From assembly GCA_029238935.1 (NCBI GenBank), contig JAQZBN010000010.1, forward strand, positions 12,342 through 76,341: a DNA stretch of 64,000 nt. Reading direction: 5' to 3'. Within the stretch, counting starts at the first letter, position 1, and each line of letters begins with the position of its first letter. Under the pieces are notes generated by a model that was given only the letters and a program-made list of their open reading frames with translations, searched no databases and was not told the DNA's origin. The position numbers were made by a program, and so were the translations under genes. Of the stretch, positions 10,299 to 19,789 are shown piece by piece. The DNA comes from Herbinix sp. (GTDB lineage: Bacteria; Bacillota; Clostridia; Lachnospirales; Lachnospiraceae).

Positions 10299-11111
10299 CT
10301 ATTCCGCTGCAGGTTGATTCATAATAGCAGCATCCATAATACTTACACGATCTTCTTCTGATATCCCAGCTAAGATTTCATTGATCTGATCGGTAAGATT
10401 ACTTTTCTTCTTGATGCCTACTGCGATTGCAGTTTCATCTTCGGAAGTAGAAAAACCTTCGGTGAATTCAACCATTGCAAAATTTTCATTCGCAGCCTGT
10501 GCACTAATACCTTCCGGACGCTCTGATACATATCCATCAATAACACCAGCTTCTAATGCAACTCTCATTGCTGAGAAATTATCCATCGCTGTTTGTTTTT
10601 GTACACCTTCGATTTGATCGATAACAGAATAGTGGAATGTATTTAACTGAGCCGTAATTTTTGCACCGCTAAAATCCTGAATGGAGGTAGCATTCTCATA
10701 TGCTCCACCCTTCTTTACAACCATAATTAATTCTGATTTATAATAATTATCAGAGAAATCAATGGTTTCCTTACGGTCTGCTGTTGGTGACATACCGGCA
10801 ATGATTGCATCAATCTTACCAGAAGCCAAAGCAGGAACTAATCCATCCCATTCTGTCTTAACGATAACCAATTCCTGTCCTAAGGCATCCGCAATTTTCT
10901 TTGCTATTTCCACATCATAACCACCGGCAAATTCGGCACTTCCTTCAATCGGAACTGCACCCTTGGAGTTATCAATCTGCGTCCAGTTAAATGGAGGATA
11001 TGCGGCTTCCATTCCCACACGGAATATACCATCATCCTTTTTACTGCATCCTGATAATAACATAACTGATATAAGTGCAAATGTTATTAATAATGAAACT
11101 TTTCTTCTCAT
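10299..11111 (-). CDS. Amino-acid ABC transporter substrate-binding lipoprotein, probably lysine
   Basis: Lipobox LSGC; SBP family 3 motifs (YPPFN, GYDVEIA, GKIDAIIAGMS); lies directly downstream of a lysine riboswitch. Confidence 0.9.
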   Translation of the reverse strand: MRRKVSLLITFALISVMLLSGCSKKDDGIFRVGMEAAYPPFNWTQIDNSKGAVPIEGSAEFAGGYDVEIAKKIADALGQELVIVKTEWDGLVPALASGKIDAIIAGMSPTADRKETIDFSDNYYKSELIMVVKKGGAYENATSIQDFSGAKITAQLNTFHYSVIDQIEGVQKQTAMDNFSAMRVALEAGVIDGYVSERPEGISAQAANENFAMVEFTEGFSTSEDETAIAVGIKKKSNLTDQINEILAGISEEDRVSIMDAAIMNQPAAE

Positions 11112-11211
11112 ACTATTCTCTCCTTATTTTGTTAAAATATTTTACATTACATGTTTCAATCCAATCATATTTTGCTGATGATTTCACCAAATCATTCATT
11201 TATGTAAATGA

Positions 11212-11240
11212 ATAAAAAAAAGCCTGAGTCTCCTCAGGTT
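11212..11240 (-). terminator. Riboswitch expression-platform terminator
   Basis: Minus strand AACCTGAG-GAGA-CTCAGGCT followed by a T tract, lying between the aptamer and the first gene. Confidence 0.8.
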
Positions 11241-11277
11241 GAATTCTTGTTTTTGCCCAAGACCTCTCCTTCCCTAA

Positions 11278-11455
11278 TGAGATAGCACAACTCAACGAAC
11301 CGGGTAAACGTCCATTGAGACAGTCCTGCAGCTCTTAACTGCAGACCCAGCAAATAATACTGAGAATATTATAAGCTTCGGCAGAATCTCCTTCTCCATG
11401 CATCATTGCTTCTCCTGCTCCGCCATGGACTGTTAAATTCCGCGCCTCTACCTCA
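11278..11455 (-). ncRNA. Lysine riboswitch (L-box)
   Basis: Minus strand TGAGGTAGAGGCGCG...GAAGG...GCCGAAG...CTGGG...GGACTGTC...GTGCTATCTCA, with P1 pairing TGAGGTAG/CTATCTCA; about 178 nt; upstream of an amino-acid importer. Confidence 0.93.
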
Positions 11456-11490
11456 CTTGTTACAGTGAGGTTGTATGAAATTATGCTATT

Positions 11491-11519
11491 AGCATACAAC
11501 ATCAAATCCTATCTGTCAA
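11491..11519 (-). promoter_or_regulatory. Sigma-A promoter of the riboswitch leader
   Basis: TTGACA (11519-11514), 17 bp, TATGCT (11496-11491). Confidence 0.75.
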
Positions 11520-11808
11520 TCCTATTTCCACATAGAATTCCTATCAATCCTATAAACATACATTTTTTATCATTAATAATAGAATACATTGTATTTACAT
11601 CCATTATTTTCATATTTTCATCCAAATTCAATATCTTTTCCTCCGATTATGATACTCTTCATTATTATTTCAGATGGAAAGATCTATAAACGAAACTTAT
11701 CCAATACCCAGTCTATAAATCTTACCATCTACATATTAATACTACCTATGGCGCAACTATTTTAACAAAGGAAATACTATAGTCTTAGAAAAAGGATATT
11801 ATTTTGTT

Positions 11809-13125
11809 CTATGCAAGTCCTGGATGAGTTTCTAGATACTGTACTATCTGTAAATGCCATTCCTTCTTTTCAGTAATACCGGCTTCCAACTCATAACCTG
11901 CTTCTTCCTCTGCTCTTTGATGAAGAATTGCCAGCTCTTCTTTATTTAGTAAATCATATACAGCTGTAAGCTCCTCACCAAAAAAGCATTCCTTAAGAAG
12001 CTCAATAAGATCATCGAGATTACGAACACTTCTTTTTATTAACGCCAATTTATCAGAAAGATGATAGCACTCCCTTAGTTCCTCCATAATATCACGCAGC
12101 TCATCGTCACTTAGTTCTTTTCCCTGCACATAACTGGATTTTCTTGTTTCAACTTTTGCTTTACTTATGATAAATAACTGTTCCAATGTCCCGGTATTTA
12201 GATTATGAGCAAATCGTGCAGCAATCATTTTTAGTGCTTGCATTGTATACCAGGAAGGGGTCTCTTCCTTAATGAAGAGTTTCTTTGCTACTGCTTCGTA
12301 TGCTTCAAATAGTTTTTGATACAATTGCTCCATCGTTGCTCCCTCAAACGCATGCATCATCCAGATAAGATCTTCTGGTCTCATCTGTAATGTGGGTTGA
12401 ATTTGCCCGGTTAATTCACAACCTAAGGCATTCGTTATCACCAATTCATATAGATTAACCAGAAGATGTATCGATTCCTTATCATAGCAATATAGAAGTT
12501 GTTCCATCTCAACCGCCGGAAACCTTTTACAAAAGATATTCTCTTCTGTTAACCGAATCAAGTACTCATATATAAATTCAATTCCTAACCTATGTTCCAC
12601 CGGGTTGCATAATGGATAGTCAACAAATCCTGGATTATCATGAGCTCCAAATTCCATATTATAATCATGGAAGAATTTTGGTATGCCTACAAAAAGAGTA
12701 TCATGATAGGCTATATTCTCTGTTTTAATCCGGTTATGCTGAAGATTTTCCAGAAGCTCTTTCCCTTTTCCATAGATCGAATTCATATCCAACAGACCCT
12801 TTATATACAGCTCAGACAAATTGGATTTCTTCAGTTGATTGATAGAATCATTCGTATCAATACTTTTTTTTAACTGTATGCCAATACCATAACAGATCGA
12901 TTGTAATATTTCCTGAGCTTTTTCTACTGGTACTGAACTGCTCTCATCATTGGTATATCGCTCTACTTGTTTTGTCATCAGAGTCACTAATTCCATTTGA
13001 ATACGTTTTGCTTCCTGTTCTGAAATCAAATTTGTATTACATGCTTCCTGAAAGATAGACTGAAAATAAAAATCTTGCTTTATGCTACTTTCATCGATTA
13101 TTGGCTGGTTCATAATATGGTTCAT
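11809..13125 (-). CDS. DUF6179-like uncharacterised protein
   Basis: ERYT...SSSVP.EKAQEILQSI.Y and FF.DY...FGAH....VDYPL motifs, recalled from this clostridial family; ATG 13125 behind GGAGG. Confidence 0.65.
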   Translation of the reverse strand: MNHIMNQPIIDESSIKQDFYFQSIFQEACNTNLISEQEAKRIQMELVTLMTKQVERYTNDESSSVPVEKAQEILQSICYGIGIQLKKSIDTNDSINQLKKSNLSELYIKGLLDMNSIYGKGKELLENLQHNRIKTENIAYHDTLFVGIPKFFHDYNMEFGAHDNPGFVDYPLCNPVEHRLGIEFIYEYLIRLTEENIFCKRFPAVEMEQLLYCYDKESIHLLVNLYELVITNALGCELTGQIQPTLQMRPEDLIWMMHAFEGATMEQLYQKLFEAYEAVAKKLFIKEETPSWYTMQALKMIAARFAHNLNTGTLEQLFIISKAKVETRKSSYVQGKELSDDELRDIMEELRECYHLSDKLALIKRSVRNLDDLIELLKECFFGEELTAVYDLLNKEELAILHQRAEEEAGYELEAGITEKKEWHLQIVQYLETHPGLA

Positions 13126-13140
13126 GTCTACCTCCACTGT

Positions 13141-13644
13141 TTAATAATCATCCTGATGATTTAAGAAATCGCTGTATTCATCCTCATAACCATTTAGGTC
13201 TTTATAATAATTGCTTCTATAGCGAATATCCCTCGATATATTCTCCAGTACAGTAGCCTGTAGATATTCTACCGACCCTTGGCACTCATCATTATAATAA
13301 TCCTTCATCAGAAGTATTAACTCATCATCCGTCATATCCTCTAAGGTTTCATTTTTAAAATAATAAAAACAATCCTGCAGCTCTGTTAAGATATCCGCAT
13401 AATTATCTTGATCAATATAAGGAGAATCTGCAAATTCCAGTATTAGTTTCTTTATAATTCCTCCACCAAATTCTATCCTTCCATTGGTGGATAAAGAATC
13501 CTTTCGACTTTCAATCAACATAGATATTTCTTGTTCTGACAATAGTAGTCCAAACCTTGCTGAATAATCATTGCATTGTTTTAATTCTAACATTGCTTGC
13601 TCTTTCATCATTGCAACCGGTAAAAAATTAAAATTTTGATTCAT
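13141..13644 (-). CDS. DUF6323-like uncharacterised acidic protein
   Basis: CND.S.RFGL.LS, GRIEFGGGIIKKLI.EFADSPYI and FYYFKNE motifs; adjacent to the DUF6179-like gene. Confidence 0.65.
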   Translation of the reverse strand: MNQNFNFLPVAMMKEQAMLELKQCNDYSARFGLLLSEQEISMLIESRKDSLSTNGRIEFGGGIIKKLILEFADSPYIDQDNYADILTELQDCFYYFKNETLEDMTDDELILLMKDYYNDECQGSVEYLQATVLENISRDIRYRSNYYKDLNGYEDEYSDFLNHQDDY

Positions 13645-13684
13645 AGAACGATCTCTCCTTCTAAAATTTTTTTAAAAATAGGGA

Positions 13685-13713
13685 TTGACAAACAGACATT
13701 ATTGTGTTATAGT
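13685..13713 (+). promoter_or_regulatory. Orphan plus-strand sigma-A promoter with no downstream plus-strand gene
   Basis: TTGACA (13685-13690), 17 bp, TG-n-TATAGT (13708-13713). Confidence 0.55.
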
Positions 13714-13762
13714 TATTATGGAATAATACGAATAACACAAATTAAAGTGGTAATAATATATG

Positions 13763-13791
13763 ATTGTAACTTCTTTTTCAGAAAATGTCAA
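13763..13791 (-). promoter_or_regulatory. Sigma-A promoter of the DUF6323/DUF6179 operon
   Basis: TTGACA (13791-13786), 17 bp, TACAAT (13768-13763). Confidence 0.7.
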
Positions 13792-13883
13792 TCTATATTA
13801 TTATTTTTTATGTCTATAATCAACTTCCATTATTAATAATTGATTGGAAGTAATAGAATTTCAATAGAGAAACATAATAAGAA

Positions 13884-13991
13884 AGCAGTATGTTTTTATA
13901 GTGTAAATGAATCCTGATGCCATGTTACATCATATCTCTACAAGAAGCTCCGGCATAGGATAGTCATTTACAAAAAATAAAACATACTGCT
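13884..13991. terminator. Long imperfect hairpin (about 108 nt) downstream of the multicopper oxidase
   Basis: Nested arms AGCAGTATGTTTT/AAAACATACTGCT, TGTAAATGA/TCATTTACA and ATCCTGATGCC/GGCATAGGAT. Confidence 0.6.
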
Positions 13992-14015
13992 CTTTTCACA
14001 TTTATCTCACTTAAA

Positions 14016-15923
14016 TTATGATTTTACTTTATAGGGTCTCATCATCTCATTATCTTCATGGTCTAATATATGGCAATGCCATACATAACCAGGTCCACAC
14101 TCTGGGGAAAATGGATAATAATTCTCTCCGGGTTTTACCGCATCAACAGGTAAATTTTGAGGTGCAAAACGTACCAATATTCGCGTGACCTGACCAGGAT
14201 TCATTCTTATGGTATCCTTCCATCCTTTCTCATTCTCATCCGGTAAGACAGGTTCATTAATTAGATAAGAATCAATTGGTATTATATTGGATGAGTGTTC
14301 GGAATGATCCATTCCATTCATTTCTTCCCATTTTGTCTTATACTTTTCAGCTAAAAAATCCTGTCTGCTCTTAAGTTGAAATTGAACCAAATGCAGATGA
14401 ATGGGATGGGTGTCCATCGTAAGATTCATAATACACCACTCTTCTGTTGAACCAACCTTAGGATATTCTGTGATAGGATCTGACCAAGTCTTCCCATCTA
14501 AAAGTACCATGACCGGACCATTTGGCCCCATTACCTCATTGAGAGTAAGATATCTAGTTGGAGCGTTTGGTCTAATACGCGGAATTCGATTTAATTTCTC
14601 AGGTAGTTTTGGTGGTCTTACAGGAGCCTTCGTTTCCATTGGTATACTAAATTGCATGATTTGGCCAACGGTTTCAGGATCAGCATCATCTCCATCTGGA
14701 TAGGGTGCTTTCGCATCATTGAGTAGTTGAATCTTTTCACCGGGATGTCTATGAGAGAAATCGACCAGGATATCTGCTCGCTCTGCCGGTGCCAAAAGAA
14801 GTGTATTCATTAAAACAGGTTTTGGTAACAAGCCTCCATCACTTCCGATTTGAATAAAACTCATACCATTGGAAAATTTGAAGTTATAAAATCTTGCATT
14901 TGATCCATTTAATATACGAAGACGATACTGCCTTCTCTCAATTTGCAATTCAGGCCATACCTTTCCATTTACCATAATGATATCACCAAAGAACTCCGGA
15001 TTCCAATATGGGTGAATATCCGCATTAATACCATCGGATGGAAAGAGCAACGATCCATCCGTATAAAAGCTTCGATCCTGAATCACTAAGGGGATTTCAT
15101 ATTTACCTTTTGGCAAGTCTAGTTTTTTTTCAGGACACATCGGTTCATTGCTTTGACTTTCTTTATCCCGGAGCAGATAAAATCCTGCCAGTCCTGCATA
15201 AACATTTAATCTTGTTATTCCAAGAGCGTGATCATGATACCAAAGAGTAGTCGGATCTTGTTGATTTGGATACGTATAACAGTTAGTGCGATATGCTGGT
15301 CCCTTTTTCCTATTGTGCGTATACCAGGCATCCGGGTGACCATCAAAGATCGATTCCACTTCTCCCCCATGTAAATGAGTGGCAATTGGAACATTCTTTT
15401 GTGCTTTCATAAAGCCCGGTGGAAAATCAGGCCATGGCTTAGGAGGATCCATTGATATCTTGTTAGGGTTTGCCCAGTGCACCGTAGGATCAACGGCGAG
15501 TAGATGAGGTTTCTTAATATTATTGATCCACTTTACTTTCACAGGAGTATTCCGAACGGCTTCCAATGTTGCCCCTGGAGAACTTCTGCGGTATCTCAAA
15601 CCCCATCTTTTATCTTCCACTATTCCTCCATACCCATACACTTTCGTCATAGGAAACCCCTTGGGTAAAAGTTGCTGATAAAACTCGCTGCTATCTATAA
15701 AATAAAATTGACTTTTCACTCCGGTTTTGTCTTTGCAATCAATCGGAAGGTAAACAGGAGGTTTATCCAATTGATTTTCGTATTTTGGTATTTCGGAAGG
15801 ATCCAGCTTCTGAACTGGCTTCTTCCCTCGATTTCTTGATGTTTTATTTTGAATTACTTCTTCTATATGATTAATGAACTTCATTATATAGAAAAAAAGA
15901 TATCCTAAAAGATAACGTAACAT
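14016..15923 (-). CDS. Multicopper oxidase, CotA/bilirubin oxidase-like
   Basis: All four Cu motifs present: HLHG, WYHDH, HPIHLH and WHCHILDHEDNEMM. Start moved to ATG 15923 behind AGAAAGG. Confidence 0.92.
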   Translation of the reverse strand: MLRYLLGYLFFYIMKFINHIEEVIQNKTSRNRGKKPVQKLDPSEIPKYENQLDKPPVYLPIDCKDKTGVKSQFYFIDSSEFYQQLLPKGFPMTKVYGYGGIVEDKRWGLRYRRSSPGATLEAVRNTPVKVKWINNIKKPHLLAVDPTVHWANPNKISMDPPKPWPDFPPGFMKAQKNVPIATHLHGGEVESIFDGHPDAWYTHNRKKGPAYRTNCYTYPNQQDPTTLWYHDHALGITRLNVYAGLAGFYLLRDKESQSNEPMCPEKKLDLPKGKYEIPLVIQDRSFYTDGSLLFPSDGINADIHPYWNPEFFGDIIMVNGKVWPELQIERRQYRLRILNGSNARFYNFKFSNGMSFIQIGSDGGLLPKPVLMNTLLLAPAERADILVDFSHRHPGEKIQLLNDAKAPYPDGDDADPETVGQIMQFSIPMETKAPVRPPKLPEKLNRIPRIRPNAPTRYLTLNEVMGPNGPVMVLLDGKTWSDPITEYPKVGSTEEWCIMNLTMDTHPIHLHLVQFQLKSRQDFLAEKYKTKWEEMNGMDHSEHSSNIIPIDSYLINEPVLPDENEKGWKDTIRMNPGQVTRILVRFAPQNLPVDAVKPGENYYPFSPECGPGYVWHCHILDHEDNEMMRPYKVKS

Positions 15924-15953
15924 AATAATAAACCTTTCTATTTCAATATAGTT

Positions 15954-15982
15954 TATCATATGACAGATTTCTCTGTATGTGC
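15954..15982 (-). promoter_or_regulatory. Sigma-K-like sporulation promoter
   Basis: Minus strand GCACA...CATATGATA matches the AC-N16-CATAnnnTA consensus, consistent with a spore-coat CotA role. Confidence 0.5.
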
Positions 15983-16086
15983 TTTTTCGACATATTTCAT
16001 AGTAATAAAAAGAGCGTACCCTATTTTCTTTACATTAGAAAATAAGCTACGCCAAAGCATTCCTCTTATATAATTGATTCGTTTAT

Positions 16087-16725
16087 TTATGATAGTTTTA
16101 AACAAGGTCCATGTCCAGGAGCAATGTACTTTGGATTTAATTTAGCGAGATTTTTTTGTAGCTTCGCTCTTTTCTCCGGATCAGGCAATTGATTATGCTG
16201 AATATTCTTAATTTCACTATGCCAACTCGATTCAATCTCTGTTCCAAGTTCTTCTCCAAAACGCATCATTAAATCACTGCTAAAAAAAATTTGTCTGTGA
16301 GTCTCATATGCTAGGAGTCCTTCCCATAGGTGCATTTCTGAAGGATACTCGAGAAACTCTAATTCATAGGAGTTCGTAGTAAGCTTATCACCCGGTTTTT
16401 TTATCATCATTCTATTGCAGATTGAAAAACCTTCCAGTTGACGTGCTGTAACCTCGGAACAGATAGGAATAGCTTCGGGATACTGTTTTAGTATTTGTGA
16501 TAGTCCTCCGCATTCATCGGATTCAAAATGGGATATAAAGATATATTTTAAACTTATATCTTTCAAAACAACAGAAAGCTGTGGTAGTAGTGCTTCTGCT
16601 AAGGTTACACTACCGGTATGAACTAATATTGGTTCTTCTGTAAGAAGAAGATATTGATGAAAGGTAAGATCAATCGCTTTCATATACATACTGAACTGAT
16701 GTAAATCCTGCTTGATTATAGCCAT
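16087..16725 (-). CDS. Stand-alone MBL-fold di-iron protein (FprA N-terminal/ODP-like)
   Basis: SHFESDECGG, FSSDL and IAPGHG motifs; no flavodoxin domain. Confidence 0.75.
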   Translation of the reverse strand: MAIIKQDLHQFSMYMKAIDLTFHQYLLLTEEPILVHTGSVTLAEALLPQLSVVLKDISLKYIFISHFESDECGGLSQILKQYPEAIPICSEVTARQLEGFSICNRMMIKKPGDKLTTNSYELEFLEYPSEMHLWEGLLAYETHRQIFFSSDLMMRFGEELGTEIESSWHSEIKNIQHNQLPDPEKRAKLQKNLAKLNPKYIAPGHGPCLKLS

Positions 16726-16915
16726 ACATTATTCTCCTTTTTCCAAATTCTATCGAAAAACATACCGTTAGTATATTCAATGGTTTTTATTTTAAACCTT
16801 TGTAATTATTTTTGTACAACAGTTACAGTTATGAAAGCTTAATGTTACATTTACCACACATCCTCCCTTATAAGAAACCTTCATAATTAGGAAGAAGCTT
16901 ATTAATCGTAGTAAT

Positions 16916-16955
16916 AAAAATGCAGGAAGGACATTATTCTCTCCTTCCTGCATTT
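16916..16955 (-). terminator. Intrinsic terminator of the feo operon
   Basis: AAATGCAGGAAGG...CCTTCCTGCATTT hairpin with a minus-strand T tract. Confidence 0.8.
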
Positions 16956-16962
16956 CTATAAT

Positions 16963-17112
16963 TTATTGATGACAACTATCTTTGACTGCACAACCATCAC
17001 ATCCGCAGCCACAACTAGAACTTGATTTATTCTTTGACTTTTTAAACCGATGAATAAAAATAAGCGCCAAGATGACAGCAACACCAATACCTATAATATA
17101 ATCAATTATCAT
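16963..17112 (-). CDS. FeoB-associated Cys-rich small membrane protein (49 aa, absent from the ORF track)
   Basis: Manual translation: MIIDYIIGIGVAVILALIFIHRFKKSKNKSSSSCGCGCDGCAVKDSCHQ*. AGGAGG RBS; ATGA overlap with the fur-like stop codon. Confidence 0.88.
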   Translation of the reverse strand: MIIDYIIGIGVAVILALIFIHRFKKSKNKSSSSCGCGCDGCAVKDSCHQ

Positions 17113-17570
17113 AGTCTTCTACCTCCTTGTTTGCCTTTCTTAATTAATACCGAAATCTCCTGGTTGTGGATATACCCTTTTGACTGTAGATATCGTTTTA
17201 GGACATGATATAACTCTTCACTTTGAATTTCCTCTGTATTCTCTTCATCGATTAAGATGATTTCACCATCCGAAATCTCATCCAAATGGTCATATGTAAT
17301 GTGATACATATTTTTCCTATTGATTGCGCCTATATCTTCTAAGGTCTTTATTAATCGATATACGGTTGCGATTCCGATGGTTGGATCCTTAAGAAGTGCT
17401 TGATAATAGATCTCTTTACAACAGGAGCATTCGTTGCTTAGGATGATTTCAATCAAAAGAAGCCTTTGATTTGTTATTCGGCAACCCTTTTTTTTCAACT
17501 CCTTGATAATAATATCCTTCTTATGGATCGCTGGTGTAAAAGAGTGATTGTCTATATGATTCTTTTGCAT
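17109..17570 (-). CDS. Fur-family transcriptional regulator within the feo operon
   Basis: GCRITNQR...IGIATVYRLIKTLE wHTH; CSCC motif. Confidence 0.82.
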   Translation of the reverse strand: MQKNHIDNHSFTPAIHKKDIIIKELKKKGCRITNQRLLLIEIILSNECSCCKEIYYQALLKDPTIGIATVYRLIKTLEDIGAINRKNMYHITYDHLDEISDGEIILIDEENTEEIQSEELYHVLKRYLQSKGYIHNQEISVLIKKGKQGGRRL

Positions 17571-17602
17571 ATTAAGCACCTCAATTTTATAAGAACCCTA
17601 TA

Positions 17603-19657
17603 TTAAAAGATTAAGTGTCCTATTACATTTATTAAAAGAGCAACAACATAAGCGACTGCCATTTGAAATCCTACGGTTCTAAGTGTCCATTTTAAGGAAC
17701 CCATTTCTCTTCGAATTGCTCCAACAGCAGCAAAGCATGGCATGCAGAGTAAGTTAAACGCCATATAAGAGAAAGCAGATACTTTATCAAATACATCATG
17801 AATTGCAGGGAGAGCCTGCTCACCTGCCATAATTGATTCAATTACTGCTTCGTCATCAATACCTGCATATAGTTGACTAAAGGTAGCAACGATATTTTCC
17901 TTAGCAATCCAACCGGTAACAACGCCTACCGACGCTCTCCAATCAGCAAAACCAAGTGGTGCAAAGATGAACTTAATTCCATTCCCTATGGAAGCTAAAA
18001 AGCTGTTTTCCATGTCAGTCATACCATGGAAATTAAAGTTTGATAATAACCAAATCAATACTGTCGCAGCAAAAATAATTGTTCCTGCTTTGATTGCAAA
18101 TCCTTTGATCTTTTCCCAACCATGGATGAATACACTTTTTGCTGTTGGTACACGATATTGTGGAAGTTCCATAATAAAATTAGAGGTATCACCTTTGAAC
18201 GCATATTTGTTTAATAATAACGCACTTATGATTGCCACTATCATACCTAACATGTAAATTGAAAATACAATGATTGTTTTATTACTTCCTTCAAATAATG
18301 TAACTGCGAACATAGCATAAATCGGCAGCTTAGCCCCACAGGACATAAAAGGTGTAATCATCATAGTAATTTTACGATCCTTATCACTTTCTAAGGTTCT
18401 AGAAGCCATAAGAGCAGGAACAGAGCAACCAAAGCCCATTAACAAAGGTATAAAGGATCTTCCGGATAAACCCAAGTGACGGAATAAACGGTCCATAACG
18501 AAAGCAACTCTCGCCATATAACCACTATCTTCTAGAAACGATAATAATAAGAACAGTACCAAAACTAATGGCATAAATCCAACTACAGCACCAACACCCT
18601 CCATGATTCCATCAATCACAAGCGAAAACGCCCAATCCGATGCACCGGCACTCTCTAAAAATCCTTCGATAAAACCTGTCAAAGAACCCCAACCTGTTTC
18701 AACCAGGCCAGCCAACCAGATTCCCGGACTTGGTAACCCTTGAATGAATAAGAAATTCTCGCTGAAAGTACAAGCAAATAGTAAGTACATTATTACTGCA
18801 AAGATCGGAAGTGCTAAAACTCGATTAGTTAAAATACGATCCAACCGATCAGATGCTGTTATTACATGACCTACTTTCTTCTTATTAATACTTGTTTTGA
18901 CTACCTTGGATATGTACTGATATCTTAAATCTGCTATTTTCGCCTCTGTATCCCCATCTGCATCAGCTTCCGCTTTCCCAATGATTTCATTGGTCGCTGC
19001 GACTTGGCTTTCAGAGAGAGTTTTTAATACTATTTCATCCCCTTCAACCAGCTTTATTGCTTTCCAAGTCCTATCTTCTTCCTGTATATCCTCTAGAAGC
19101 TCTGCAATATGACTAACAGCAAATTCTATATTAGCATCAAAAATCGGTAATGAGTTTGGTTTTTTCTTGGATTTAGCAACCTCAATTGCCGCATTCATAA
19201 GTTCTGTAAGCCCCTTACCGCTTCTTGCTGTAATTGGAATTACGGGGACACCAAGCTGTTCCGATAATTTCTTGACGTTTATGTAATCACCTTTCGCCTC
19301 TACCTCGTCCATCATATTAATGGCAATTACGGTAGGGATTTTCGTTTCAATAATTTGAAGCGTTAAATAAAGGTTTCTCTCTATACTTGTGCCATCTATA
19401 ATGTTAATCACTGCATCTGGCTTTTCTTTCACAATATAATCTCTCGCAATAATCTCTTCCGCAGAATAAGGAGATAAGGAATAGGTTCCAGGTAAATCAA
19501 GGATTTTCACATCTTTGTTTTTCTTGTAGATACCTTCCTTCTTATCAACGGTAACACCGGGCCAATTTCCAACATGTTGCTTGGAACCTGTGAGTTCATT
19601 GAACAAGGTTGTTTTTCCGCAGTTTGGATTACCTGCTAATGCAATACTGTAAGACAT
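17603..19657 (-). CDS. feoB: Ferrous iron transporter B
   Basis: GNPNCGKTT, VGNWPGVTV, DLPG and NMMD GTPase motifs plus Gate TM domains (GFGC, FMSC). Confidence 0.96.
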   Translation of the reverse strand: MSYSIALAGNPNCGKTTLFNELTGSKQHVGNWPGVTVDKKEGIYKKNKDVKILDLPGTYSLSPYSAEEIIARDYIVKEKPDAVINIIDGTSIERNLYLTLQIIETKIPTVIAINMMDEVEAKGDYINVKKLSEQLGVPVIPITARSGKGLTELMNAAIEVAKSKKKPNSLPIFDANIEFAVSHIAELLEDIQEEDRTWKAIKLVEGDEIVLKTLSESQVAATNEIIGKAEADADGDTEAKIADLRYQYISKVVKTSINKKKVGHVITASDRLDRILTNRVLALPIFAVIMYLLFACTFSENFLFIQGLPSPGIWLAGLVETGWGSLTGFIEGFLESAGASDWAFSLVIDGIMEGVGAVVGFMPLVLVLFLLLSFLEDSGYMARVAFVMDRLFRHLGLSGRSFIPLLMGFGCSVPALMASRTLESDKDRKITMMITPFMSCGAKLPIYAMFAVTLFEGSNKTIIVFSIYMLGMIVAIISALLLNKYAFKGDTSNFIMELPQYRVPTAKSVFIHGWEKIKGFAIKAGTIIFAATVLIWLLSNFNFHGMTDMENSFLASIGNGIKFIFAPLGFADWRASVGVVTGWIAKENIVATFSQLYAGIDDEAVIESIMAGEQALPAIHDVFDKVSAFSYMAFNLLCMPCFAAVGAIRREMGSLKWTLRTVGFQMAVAYVVALLINVIGHLIF

Positions 19658-19789
19658 TTTCTTCCTCCTAAAGGTTTCATTTATTCCATGACATACTTAT
19701 TCAATAATAAAATAATTTACTTAATTATAAATTGATCAATTAGTAAAATCAGGCACAATCACAACCTGTTATTATGGCATGGATATTAT

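Noticed and set aside
13760-13819. 19-codon plus-strand ORF MIVTSFSENVNLYYYFLCL downstream of the orphan promoter
   Set aside because: It is largely the reverse complement of the minus-strand -10/-35 boxes and has only a weak RBS, so there is no evidence that it codes.
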